Assembly: GCA_963733195.1 (NCBI GenBank)
Contig: CAVTCR010000040.1
Coordinates: 1-31,936 of the forward strand
Source: an uncultured delta proteobacterium
Lineage (GTDB): Bacteria; Desulfobacterota; Binatia; Bin18
Direction of reading: 5' to 3'
DNA: 31,936 nt
Translations under genes and position numbers: made by a program
In this document: positions 10,838 through 24,241 of the stretch, piece after piece
How the letters are laid out: every line of letters begins with the position of its first letter
Position numbering within the stretch: position 1 is the stretch's first letter
The notes under the pieces: generated by a model
Told to the model about the DNA's origin: nothing
Seen by the model: only the letters and a program-made list of their open reading frames with translations
Database searches by the model: none

Positions 10838-10931
10838 GGGAAACGGCGAAACGGGTAAAGGGTAAAACAGGCAAGGAGGAAAAAGGAGTATTCCTTCTAT
10901 ATTTCCGTTTCTCTTTTTTCTTTTCCCCCAT
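10838..10931. repeat. Degenerate GAAACGG(C/G)-type repeats with a pyrimidine-rich inverse arm
   Basis: GAAACGGC GAAACGGG TAAAGGGT AAAACAGG followed by TTTCCGTTTCTCTTTTTTCTTTTCCCCCAT directly after the cyclase 2 stop. Confidence 0.6.
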
Positions 10932-13900
10932 TTAGCCTCTTGAAATTCGCGGGCCTAATTCCTCCAGCAACGTCTTCGCCTCTTGCAAATCCTTGGTGTC
11001 AAACCCTTCGGTGAACCAGCCGTAGATCTCCGCCAGCATCTGCCGGCGTCTTCGCCGTCTTGCCCTGCTGCTGCCACAGCCGCGCCAGACTCATCGCCGC
11101 TCGCAGCTCCAGAGACTTGGCTTGTTGCTTTCGGGCGATTTCAATGGCCTTCAGGAAACACGCTTCGGCTTCGCTTAGGGGCTGGGGGTTGGGGGTGGGG
11201 GTTGGAGACTCTGGTTTGACTTGCAGACTTGGAACTTGGACTTGCTGGACTGTAGTGTAAGCTTCCCTTGAGCCGATACAGCTCGGCCTCATAGATACGC
11301 TCCTGAGTCTTGTCCACCAGCTCCAGCGCCTCGGCCAGCACAGCTAGCCCCTCTTCTCTTCTGTCCTGCTTTTCCATAGGCCTCGGCTAGTAAGGCGAGA
11401 GCCATACGGCCGGTATCGCTCTCCCCCTGTGGTCCAGCGGCAGCCATGCCCTGGTGTATCTGTTGGATGCCTTCCTCCTCCTGCCCATGCTCAGCCAGTG
11501 CCCAACCCCGTATCGATGGCTCTGTATGCTAAGAAGAAGGGAAACCCTTGCTCGTTCGAAAGCGTGATCAGTGCTTCGGCCTGCTGCTGAACACGCCTGT
11601 GCCTCATGGAGGAACTGATGAAGTAAGTAGCATGGTATGAACGCAATAGCCGTACTTAAGGGATGAAGAAAACTCTTGAGCAAAGGTAAGCGCTTCGCGA
11701 CTTCGCTTCAGGGCCTGATCGGATACCCGAGCACCAAAAGACCCAGGACTCAAAAGAGAGACTTAATTACACAGATTGAACTCCGGAGAGCAAGCGAGAG
11801 CACTGCGCTGCTGGGGTCGAAAGGGCAATGGCTTGCTCAAAGTGGGCGCGAGCTGAGACCAACTCCCCCGAAAGAGTAAGGACACTCCCCAACCCAAAGT
11901 GCGCTTCCAGGAGGAGAGCAGAGTCTGTGCACGTCTGGGCTAGGGGGATGAGTCGCTCAGCCAGTTCTCGCGCGGTCTGCAACTCTGCCCGGAAGCAAAT
12001 AAAATATCCGCGCGCCCCAGAGCGCCGGGAAGAGCTGAGGGGTCTCACCGACCTGCCGGCACAGCTCGAGCGCGCGAGTGTAGAGCTGTTCCACTTCTGG
12101 GGCTGCAAACCCTTTCGTGACCGCCAATGGCATCACCGAGGGCGAGTTGCAACGTGAGTTCCTGTTGCGCGCGCTCAGGGGTCTCTGCCAAGGTCTTGAG
12201 CAACTCCAGGGCAGTGTAAGATGGCTGATCGCTTCTGCATTGGCCGAGCGCTGCACCGCCTGTTGTCCAGCCAGGTGGAGATACTCAATCGCCTTCTCGG
12301 TATTCCCACTGCGACTGTAGTGATGCGCCAACTCGTTGTAGTGCTCCTCTAACCGTCGTGGGAACAACGCTTCAATCGCCTGCGCAGTTTGCTCGTGCAG
12401 GGCTTTGCGCCGTTCGTGCAGCACCGAGCTGTAGGCCACCTCCTGTGTCAGTGCATGCTTGAAGATGTATTCGACTCTCGGGAAAGGCAGGCTGCTCGTA
12501 GAGAAATTCTTTGCGCTGGAGCGAGGCAAGGAGCCGATAGAGTTCGTCTTCCGGCTGGGCGATCACCTGGCGGATCAGGCTCAGCGGAAACTCCCGGCCA
12601 ATAACAGCGAGCTGTTGCAGCAGGGCTTTCTCTCCGGCGCCAGACGGTCAATGCGGGCGGCCAGAATCCCTTGCACAGTCGTGGGAAGCTGCAACGTCAG
12701 CGACGTGTTGCGTGCTACGTGCGGCGTGAGCTGCCCCTACCGTTGCTCCGGCCAAGACGCCCTTCTTCAACAAGCTTCTGGACCACCTCTTCCATGAAGA
12801 ACGGCGTGCCTTCGGTTTTTCGAGGATGAGCTGTTTGAGATGTTGTAGGGGCGATTGGCCGTCCGCCCCTACGCGCGATGCCCAGCAGCAAGCGTCAAGG
12901 AATTCTTCCGCTTCCGCTTTACCAAACGGCGCCAGCCGCAGCTGCGTGTAATACGTCTTCTGCCCCCACTCATGGCGATACTCGGGGCGGTAGTTGGTGA
13001 GCAACAGAAGCTTGGCGCTGGCCACACTCTCACTGAGCACATCGAGAAAGCCTTGCGTCTCCCCATCGATCCAGTGCAAGTCTTCAAAGATCAGGATCAG
13101 CGGTTGGTTGAGACTCTCGCGCAGGAACGAGCTTCTTGAGCGCCTCGAAGGTGCGTCGGCGGCGAATCTGTGGGTCCATCTGCTGGAACGGCGAGGGCTG
13201 CTCTTCAATGCCCAGCAACGCAAAGAGATAGGGCAAGCGTATCTTCTAGGCTGCGGTCCAAGCGTCAAGCACTTTCCCAGTGACCTTCTCTCGTCGCTTG
13301 CGTTCGTCATCCTGCGTCTGAATATCGAAAGTAACTCTTGAGCAGCTCAATCACCGGCAAATACGCTGACGCTTTGCCATGCGAGACCGAATAGGCTTCC
13401 AGCACCAGACAGCCACTCTAGAGAGGTACAGCTTGAAATTCGTAGAACAGCCGTGACTTACCTAACCCCGGCTCGCCCATCATCCCGACAATTTGCCCTG
13501 CCCGGCTTTGGCTTGCTCCAGCGCCCGCTGGAGCTGCTCCATCTCACTCTGGCGTCCGACAAAGCGCGTCAGTCCCCGCCGCGCCGCGACTTGCAGCCGT
13601 GTGCGTAATGGCCCCGCACCGAGCACTTCATAGATATTGAGTGGTTCTTCCACTCCCTTGATCTGCGTCTGGCCCAGATCCTTGAAGGCAAAGTAGCCGT
13701 CGGTGAGCCGGTGGGTGTAGGCCGAGACGACGATCGAACCGGGATTGGCCAATTGCTCCATGCGCGCCGCAGGATGGTCGGAGTGCCCGACCGGGCACGT
13801 AGTCGGCATGCAGATCATCTTTGCGAATCGAGCGCAGCACCACTTCCCCGGTGTTCACGCCCGACCCGCATCAGCAACGGCGGATAGCCTTTCGCGCGCA

Positions 13901-14545
13901 GGGTATCGGCATAGCGGCGCATCGCCTCTTGCATGCGCAGCGCGGCATAGAGTGCGCGCTGGGGATGATCTTCATGGGCAAGCGGCGCACCAAACAGGGC
14001 AAAGATGCCATCGCCCAAGGCTTGCGCCACATAGCCGTCATAGTGATGCACGGCGTCCATCATCGAGCTGCAAGGCGGGATCGATAATCGCCCGGGCCTC
14101 TTCGGGATCAAGGCCTTCAATCAACGCCGTCGAGCCTTTGAGATCAGCAAACAGGGCCGTGATCGTCTTGCGCTCGCCGTCGGTTGCACCGCGCGCTTCC
14201 AGCGCCACTTGCTCCGCGCGGATACGTTCGGCGAGATGAAGTGGGGGGTAGGTAGTTCGGGGCAGGACGAGATTCCGAGTTCGGTGTTCGGAGTCTGAGG
14301 AGCGGGAGGCTGTGGGGAACTTGGGACTTGAAATCCTTCTAGGCTCACGACAGGCGTGGAACTTGAAACTTGCCCCGCCGAGGGCGCGCCGCACGCGTTG
14401 CAGAACCGCGAAGCCAGGCGGAGGCGTGGGGGGTATTCCACAAGCTCGCGCACGGTAGTCTCGAAGTCTTCGCGCCAGAACTGTTACAAAAGAGTGCACC
14501 CCTGCCGGATGGTTGATGTCCACAGTGGCTCAATGACGCACTTCA

Positions 14546-14549
<4 letters not shown>
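10932..14549 (-). CDS. Double zinc ribbon-class III cyclase-AAA ATPase-TPR protein, paralog 2, heavily frameshifted
   Basis: MMKC start overlapping the upstream TGA; HCGH, FCNS and RFCNACGAP zinc-ribbon pieces; TALFADLKGST, QALGDG, Walker A GEPGLGKS (about 13455-13478), FEDLHWID, FKHALTQEVAY; ends [28 protein letters not shown]. Confidence 0.88.
12845..12872. repeat. GTAG-type REP-like palindrome inside a coding region
   Basis: GTAGGGGCG-ATTGGCCGTC-CGCCCCTAC, perfect 9 bp arms; related half site GCCCCTAC at 12733-12740. Confidence 0.75.
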
Positions 14550-18030
<3,481 letters not shown>

Positions 18031-18230
18031 ATGGTGCTCTCACTGCGTAGACGGTCTGTTCTCGCGGTACGCCGGCCCCACGCGCATTGACCCTGCAAAT
18101 GTCAGGGCTCCTGTCCGTGCCCGCGTTCCCCCAGGGAGGCAAATATTCCATGTATGTATGCGCTTTGCCGCGCTCGTACAAGAAGAAGGTCGCTTCCTTC
18201 ACGATTAGGCTGCCATCTGCTGCTGAGCTT

Positions 18231-18318
18231 TTAGGGATAAAGGCAAAGCAGATCACCTCACATTTCCTGATTTTCTTGTCTTTTTTCTCACCCTTATCCT
18301 TTATCCCTTATCCGTTCT
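18231..18318. repeat. CCCTTAT-type heptamer array with partial inverse arm
   Basis: CCCTTAT CCTTTAT CCCTTAT CCGTTCT (18291-18318); AGGGATAAAGG at 18233-18243. Confidence 0.7.
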
Positions 18319-18399
18319 CCCTTTTTCCCCAACGATTGCCGACCACGTTCGTTTGCGTTAGGACGAGACCGCAAGAAGACAACAAAAAGGGAGGCAGAT

Positions 18400-19284
18400 A
18401 TGAAGTTCGGCATTCAACTCGCAGGAGGCGCACCGATTCGTACCCGCACGGCAGCAAAAGAGATCGCAACCGCAGCCGAAGAACTCGGCTTTGATTCATT
18501 GATGATCGGCGATCACATCGTCATTCCGAAAAAGATCACTGCTCCGTGGCCATATGATGAATATGTCGGCGGCAAAACCCCATACGGCGCCTACACGGAA
18601 ATGGAATGGTTCGATCCGTTTGACACGATGGCTTTTCTTGCCGGAATTACTGAAAAAGTACGCCTTGGCATTAGCGTTCTTATCGTTCCCTATCGACACC
18701 CGTTTGATATGGCACGACGCGTGGCGACAGTCGATGTACTTTCTGGTGGACGTTTTGTTCTTGGTATCGGTGTCGGCTGGCTCGAAGACGAATTCCGTCT
18801 TTTACAGATTCCGTTCAAGGAACGCGCTCAGCGGACACGCGAATATATCCAAGTGATGAAGTTGCTGTGGACCCAGGAAAAACCTCGCTTCAACGGCAAG
18901 TTCGTCCAAGTCAATGAAGATCTCAATTTGTTACCATACCCCTTACAGAAGCCCCATCCTCCAATCTGGGTCGGTGGGGAATCACAACCAGCATTGAAGC
19001 GTGTCGCTGAGTTTGGCGACGGCTGGCACATTGGCCTTGTTCTGCCCGAACGTATTCCCCAAAAGCTGCAAGAATTGAAGCAACTGATGGAAAAAGCTGG
19101 GCGAGATTTCTCCAAGCTGGAACTGACCGCATTAGCCGATCCGAATCGACTCAAAGAGAGCGAGATCCGCACGTATCACACTGCGGGTGTGCATGTGTTA
19201 TACATGCTGCCGCTCAGCAGCGATCATCGCGCAGTCATCAACGACATGCGCAGTTTCGCCCAGAAGATGAAGGCGTTTGCGTAA
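18400..19284 (+). CDS. LLM class oxidoreductase, probable F420-dependent type
   Basis: MKFGIQL, AEELGFDSLMIGDH, LGISVLIVPYRHP, DVLSGGRFVLGIGVGW, PPIWVGG, FGDGWH; GGGAGG RBS. Confidence 0.9.
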   Translation: MKFGIQLAGGAPIRTRTAAKEIATAAEELGFDSLMIGDHIVIPKKITAPWPYDEYVGGKTPYGAYTEMEWFDPFDTMAFLAGITEKVRLGISVLIVPYRHPFDMARRVATVDVLSGGRFVLGIGVGWLEDEFRLLQIPFKERAQRTREYIQVMKLLWTQEKPRFNGKFVQVNEDLNLLPYPLQKPHPPIWVGGESQPALKRVAEFGDGWHIGLVLPERIPQKLQELKQLMEKAGRDFSKLELTALADPNRLKESEIRTYHTAGVHVLYMLPLSSDHRAVINDMRSFAQKMKAFA

Positions 19285-19294
19285 ACTTGAACGA

Positions 19295-19329
19295 CTCGCT
19301 CTGCGCGAAGCCGAGGGGCGCAGAGCGAG
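19295..19329. terminator. Hairpin between convergent genes
   Basis: CTCGCTCTGCGC / GCGCAGAGCGAG, perfect 12 bp stem with 11 nt loop. Confidence 0.7.
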
Positions 19330-19333
19330 AACC

Positions 19334-20134
19334 TCATCCGATCTTCGCACTTTGCCCGCCATCCACGGGTAAGATCACGCCAGTGATGAACTTCGCTTCA
19401 TCCGAATTCAGAAACAATGACGCATGCGCGATATCCCAGCCAGTGCCCATCTTTGCACCGAGCGGGACGATCGCATCGCGTTCTTTCCTGAGTTGTTCCT
19501 TGGAAATGCCACGCGCTTTGGAGATGCCTTCAATTGCCATTGGCGTGTCCATAAGTCCTGGCATGATACAGTTCACGCGGATGCCGTATTTAGCATTAGA
19601 AAGCGCAAGCTGATTGGTAATGGCGTTCACCCCAGCCTTCGAGGTCTTATACGCGAGGATTCCCACGTTACACACCGCAGCAATTGAAGAGATATTCAGG
19701 ATCGCACCACTCCCCTGTCCACGCATAATCGGAATGACGTGTTTGCACGGCATGATGACACTTTTCATGTTCACGCTGAGGATACGGTCCCAGGCTTCCT
19801 CAGTCACTTGGTTCAGCCCACCGTCGTTGTCACCAATACCGACATTGTTATGGAGGATATCGATGCGGCCAAAGCGCTGGACACAGGCTTCCGCCATCCT
19901 TTTACAGTCATCACCCGTTATTGCATCGGCTTGAAAAGGGACGGCTTCACCACTCTCTTTGGCGATCATGGCGCAGGTGTCTTCGGCAGAATCGAGACGG
20001 CGGTCCACAACGAATACTTTTGCTCCTTCGCGAGCATAGAGAATCGCACTTGCGCGTCCATTGCCGATTGTCTCACCAGGAGTTTGTCCTGCACCAACGA
20101 CGATGGCGATTTTTCCTTTGAGTCGATCAGACAT
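19334..20134 (-). CDS. SDR family NAD(P)-dependent oxidoreductase
   Basis: VVGAG...GNG, HNNVGI, NISS, YKTSK (YxxxK), IRVNCIMPG, ITGVILPVDGG; start MSDRLK after GGAGG. Confidence 0.95.
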   Translation of the reverse strand: MSDRLKGKIAIVVGAGQTPGETIGNGRASAILYAREGAKVFVVDRRLDSAEDTCAMIAKESGEAVPFQADAITGDDCKRMAEACVQRFGRIDILHNNVGIGDNDGGLNQVTEEAWDRILSVNMKSVIMPCKHVIPIMRGQGSGAILNISSIAAVCNVGILAYKTSKAGVNAITNQLALSNAKYGIRVNCIMPGLMDTPMAIEGISKARGISKEQLRKERDAIVPLGAKMGTGWDIAHASLFLNSDEAKFITGVILPVDGGQSAKIG

Positions 20135-20153
20135 AAGAACCTCCAAAATGAAG

Positions 20154-20224
20154 ACGTGTTGCGTGAAGCGTGTTACGTGATTTCAAGGTTCACGCAACAC
20201 GCATTACGTTTCACGTATCACGTA
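20154..20224. repeat. Inverted ACGTGTT/AACACGC-type heptamer arrays
   Basis: ACGTGTT GCGTGAA GCGTGTT ACGTGA versus TCACGC AACACGC ATTACGT TTCACGT ATCACGT; overlaps the upstream stop codon. Confidence 0.85.
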
Positions 20225-20781
20225 TTCTCAAACGATGTCGTCAGCCCTGGATCAAGCTGCACGCCTAGAGTGTTCAGCGCCATCGAAACGAGATTGTACT
20301 GGCCAACGGCAAAGACGATGTCCATCAATTGCTGCGTGTTGTAATGCTTGCTCAATCCTTGCCAGGTTGTGTCGGTAATGCATGCATCCTTATGGAGCTC
20401 ATCTGTGGCTTTCAGCAGAAGCACGTCGCGTTCACTCCAGCCTTTGGCCGTTGGTCCTACCTTAATGCGATGCACTTCATCATCAGTGAGACCAGATTGT
20501 TTACCGATTCGTACATGTTGTGCCCATTCGTACTCGGCTTCACATAACCAGCCGATACGGAGAATGATTAACTCCCGTTCGCGGGCTGGCAGGGTCGATT
20601 TGAACAACACATGATTGCCGAACACGAGCCAACGGCGCATGAGATCTGGATGATGCGCGAGGGTCTTAAAAATGTTGGGGACTTCTCCCTGTCCAACTTT
20701 GATCTCCCGGAGCGCTGTTTTTACGGTATCACTCCATTGGGATTCGTCGATTGGGGCCACACGGGGTTTGCTCAGTTTCAT
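20218..20781 (-). CDS. Carboxymuconolactone decarboxylase (CMD/AhpD-like) family protein
   Basis: NIFKTLAHHP, LPARERELIILR, YEWAQH, ATDELH, VGQYNLVS; AAGGAG RBS. Confidence 0.9.
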   Translation of the reverse strand: MKLSKPRVAPIDESQWSDTVKTALREIKVGQGEVPNIFKTLAHHPDLMRRWLVFGNHVLFKSTLPARERELIILRIGWLCEAEYEWAQHVRIGKQSGLTDDEVHRIKVGPTAKGWSERDVLLLKATDELHKDACITDTTWQGLSKHYNTQQLMDIVFAVGQYNLVSMALNTLGVQLDPGLTTSFENT

Positions 20782-20795
20782 AAACGTATTCTCCT

Positions 20796-20838
20796 TTCAC
20801 GCACTAGGTAACACGCATCACGTTTTACGTCTTACGCG
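20796..20838. repeat. Single-arm TTCACGC-type heptamer array
   Basis: TTCACGC ACTAGGT AACACGC ATCACGT TTTACGT CTTACGC filling the LLM-CMD spacer. Confidence 0.75.
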
Positions 20839-21956
20839 TATTTCTTCTTGAAGTACGGAATAACATGTTTGCCGAATAAGTCGATCGCGTGCATAGTTTT
20901 TTCGTGAGGAATATCCCAGAACTGCATCATGCAGAGAAACAGGTCGAGATTGGCAGCTTTTTGCACACGCTCGATTTGTTTAATGCAGGTGTCAGGATTG
21001 CCTACCGTACACATGCCGTTGTCGATCAAAAATTGGAGATCGACTTTCCGCGGATCAAGCCCCTCATATTCTTTAATCTCTCGGACACGGTTGGTAAGCG
21101 TTGGGTCCAGTGCTTGACCACTTTTTCTCGCTTCGAGTACTGGGGTCGTCACCTGCAATGTTGTTCCGACATACGACATAAAAGACCGGTTGGCCTCGTC
21201 CTGGGCCTGCTTGTCGGTATCAGCGCAGTGTACCAGCGAGAAAGCTCCCGCTTTATTGTTGATAAATGCTCCAGCTGGTTTCGCGTCTTTCTGGGCGTCG
21301 CGGTACATCTGCACACGCCGTCCTAACTCTTCAGGAGACACCAACAATGTGAATGAGAGTAAGCCTAACCCCTTCTGCCCAGCGACCGCATGTGTTTCTT
21401 TACTGGTGCAGGCAACCCAAATCGGTGGGTGCGGTTTCTGAATCGGCATCGGCACGACTGTGCGTTCAGGAATGTCGAAGTAGTTTCCTTTGTAGGAAAA
21501 GGTGCCATCTTTACTTTTCCAGATGGTCGTAATAATGTCGAGCGATTCCTCCCAACGTGCTCGTGTCTCGTTGTAAGGAATGCCAAAGCCGCCCAGTTCC
21601 TGCACGGTGATCGAACGGCCAGTGCCCATCTCCACACGACCGTGACTGAGAATATCGAGCGTCGCGACGCGTTCAGCAACGCGCACGGGGTGATTGTACG
21701 GAAACGGGAGCAGTACCACACCGTGACCGATGCGGATCTTTGAGGTTCTCTGGCTGACTGCACCATATAGAACTTCGGGAGCCGACGAGTGAGCAAAGCC
21801 AGGCTGAAAATGATGCTCGACGGTCCAAAACGAATCGAATCCCGCCTGTTCGGCATGGACGACCTGATCTAACACCTGGTGAAACACTTGATACTCCCGC
21901 TCACGGTGTTTGAGCGGACTGGCGACCTGAATCTCATAGAAGATGCCAACGTCCAT
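20832..21956 (-). CDS. LLM class flavin-dependent monooxygenase (luciferase-like)
   Basis: GFDSFWTVEHHF, IRIGHGVVLLP, AERVATLDILSHGRVEMGTGR, PIQKPHPPIW; start MDVGIF after GGAGGA. Confidence 0.93.
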   Translation of the reverse strand: MDVGIFYEIQVASPLKHREREYQVFHQVLDQVVHAEQAGFDSFWTVEHHFQPGFAHSSAPEVLYGAVSQRTSKIRIGHGVVLLPFPYNHPVRVAERVATLDILSHGRVEMGTGRSITVQELGGFGIPYNETRARWEESLDIITTIWKSKDGTFSYKGNYFDIPERTVVPMPIQKPHPPIWVACTSKETHAVAGQKGLGLLSFTLLVSPEELGRRVQMYRDAQKDAKPAGAFINNKAGAFSLVHCADTDKQAQDEANRSFMSYVGTTLQVTTPVLEARKSGQALDPTLTNRVREIKEYEGLDPRKVDLQFLIDNGMCTVGNPDTCIKQIERVQKAANLDLFLCMMQFWDIPHEKTMHAIDLFGKHVIPYFKKKYA

Positions 21957-22084
21957 GTGAGTCCTCCTTTTGTTGGTTGACAACGTGATAGCAGTCTTGG
22001 TCAGGGTCCGTCCACTGGTGTACTTCCGCAAGGCAAGTCATGCGACTTTGCTCTTGTCCTTTCTCTTCGCTATCCTCTGACGAT

Positions 22085-22603
22085 ATGAGCAAGATAAAAG
22101 ACCGGGTCAACCATCTGATCGATGACTGGGCGACACACGCCAGTGCATTCGCGCGAACAGGATTCTGGGGAGTCCATGGTGGAGCGGGAGGTATTATGTT
22201 GGCCCGCAGCACTGGACGATTACTGCTTGCGCAACGTTCTCATCAGGTCCTGCAACCAGGAACGTGGGGGACGATCGGCGGAGCAATCGATCCAGGAGAG
22301 AATCCTGAAGAGGCGGTACTGCGCGAGGTGCGAGAAGAACTCGGCTTTCATGCGACTGAAGCAGATTTGCATCTGTGCTATGTCTTTCGCGATGCGCGGA
22401 CGTCATTCACCTACCACAACTACATTGTCCTGGTAGATGAGGAGTTTCTCCCCACGATGAATTGGGAAGTATCCGAGCATGCGTGGGTTGAATTTGGTCA
22501 ATGGCCTTCGCCGCTGCATTTTGGCATGGAAGCGTGGCTGCGGGACGTTCAAGGAGAACTGACACTACGGGATCTCGTTCGCAAACGCGGCGAGCGATCA
22601 TAG
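22085..22603 (+). CDS. NUDIX hydrolase
   Basis: Complete Nudix box GAIDPGENPEEAVLREVREELGF; start MSKIKD chosen without a clear RBS. Confidence 0.9.
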   Translation: MSKIKDRVNHLIDDWATHASAFARTGFWGVHGGAGGIMLARSTGRLLLAQRSHQVLQPGTWGTIGGAIDPGENPEEAVLREVREELGFHATEADLHLCYVFRDARTSFTYHNYIVLVDEEFLPTMNWEVSEHAWVEFGQWPSPLHFGMEAWLRDVQGELTLRDLVRKRGERS

Positions 22604-22655
22604 TGCGCTGTATGTACGTATAGTCTACGCTTGGCTCTCTTGCCGCAATCTGATG

Positions 22656-23167
22656 TCAGTGAAGAAAGAGACGGCCAGCGGCTTGATCCCAGTCAACAAA
22701 CAGATACAGAGCGCCACCCCAAGAGAGCAGCGCGAACAACGCCAGAGACGCTTTCTCTTCTCCTACGTGTAATATTCCTCGCGCCATCACAATCGCCAAC
22801 GCGGGAAACGCTGGAAAGAAGTACCGTGGACCAGGCAAGGTCAGCATTAACGGCACAAACACCGCAACAATCCACCCAAGGACAAAGTAGTCCGCTCGAT
22901 TCCGACGCTGGAGCAACTGCCACCCTCCTAGCAGCAGCAGAGGAATGGTTGCTGACACCAACACCAGAGGGTAGGCGAAGCAACATCACGCTCAAGAGCC
23001 AGCGTCGTCCCCTACTCGTTGCCAACGAAAGGGGCGACTATAGATGATTCCGGTTATCCAGCCAATGCTAGTCGAATGACGGAGAGAAAACCGATGACAA
23101 GACAACACGTGGCCTTGAGACTGACGGTCACACTCCGGGCGACTGTGTTGCTGCTTTCGTTTGCCAT
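22656..23167 (-). pseudogene. Integral membrane protein remnant, possibly GT-C (ArnT/PMT-like) glycosyltransferase
   Basis: Hydrophobic helices over several frames with PRYFFPAFPALAI, resembling the RY..P..P segment of GT-C enzymes; far too short for a full enzyme. Confidence 0.5.
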
Positions 23168-23240
23168 TGTTCCGTTTTCGCTGGCCGGCGATAAGGACCT
23201 CATGCAACGGGGCGGGCCTGGAGCTGGCCCTGCGGCTTGT

Positions 23241-23695
23241 AACATCCCCGCCCCCAAACCCAATCGGGTCCTGGCTGATGAACCGCTGCAACCCCGGATG
23301 ATAATACCGGGCGCGGTAGTAGTACAAGCCTGTGCCATCCTCCTCACGCCCGGTGTATTTGAACGCGTTGGTTGACGCTGCGCCCGTAGCGGTCGTTTTG
23401 CCAAACGGTTCATAGGTGTACTCGCTCAGCACTGTGCCGGTAGGATCACTCAACGCTAACGTCGATCCCAAACCATCGGTGAGGAACGAGTGTGCCCCAG
23501 CAGAGTCCGTCCGTTGCAACACTTCGTCAATGCCGAGGCTGGTAATGAGATTCGCCGTCGGCGTTGCCCCATTCAACTCCTGGACAATATTCAAACCGTC
23601 GTAGAAGAAGTTCGTACTCGTGCCGTTGACGGTCTTACTCTTGCGCCGCCCGAAGGCATCATATTAGAAACTGGCGATGAGGTCGGGACCGTGAG
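23241..23695 (-). pseudogene. RHS repeat-associated core fragment
   Basis: YDAFGRR, FFYDGLNIVQE, TDGLGS, YEPFG, YTGREEDGTGLYYYRARYYHP..RFISQDPIGFGGGDV; in-frame TAA at 23666-23664; no start and no terminal DPxG or toxin domain. Confidence 0.9.
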
Positions 23696-23842
23696 ATTTT
23701 CCAACGGCGCAGGGTAAAGTTAAGAAAATTGCAACGTCCCCTATCTCCCCAACCTGGTCCACCTATTCTTTTAATACCTCGCTGAGGTATGTGGGCAACA
23801 GCCCGGCTAGACTTGACCCCAATTTTCTTACTTTCACCGGCT

Positions 23843-24052
23843 TCTCCCCGGGCCTTGGGCACGACATCTTCCCCGTAGCCATCGGCCTCCTTCATGAGTC
23901 GGTCGCGGTCCTCTAAGGCACGGACGACGTCATGGAACGCATCCCGCACCTCACTGGGAGGACTAATGATCAGTAGCCGGGCTTCACTGACCAGCAGGCC
24001 GGTCTGATAGGCGTCCAGGAGTTCCTGGAGGGCGCTCTTAGCCCTTCTGCTC
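23843..24052 (-). pseudogene. hflK: HflK-like (SPFH/band 7) internal fragment
   Basis: KSALQELLDAYQTGLLVSEARLLIISPPSEVRDAFHDVVRALEDRDRLMKEADGYGEDVVPKARGEA matches the HflK PP..V..AF.DV..A..D.....EA..Y....P.ARGEA pattern; both ends missing. Confidence 0.8.
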
Positions 24053-24241
24053 CCGCTCGGCAGTCAGTTGGTCCTCCACGATATTTCTCCCAAGGATCGT
24101 CAGATCAGCGATTGAGTGGACCGTATCATCATCCACATCCTCACAGCCCAGGGCCTAAAAAGTGTTTGTGTGGAGGTATTGACCTGCTACCTTGACCACC
24201 TTACGGCGTTCAGGCTGTATGTGCGATGATGCCACGAAGAA

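Noticed and set aside
1163-11175. Similar 3' ends of paralogs 1 and 2 as a DGR template/variable repeat pair
   Set aside because: Differences are not adenine-specific, both copies are coding, and no reverse transcriptase is in the window
22992-23240. C-terminal part of the 200 aa RHS ORF as a toxin domain
   Set aside because: The DPxG cleavage motif is absent; it is read-through into the membrane-protein remnant, and no immunity gene follows
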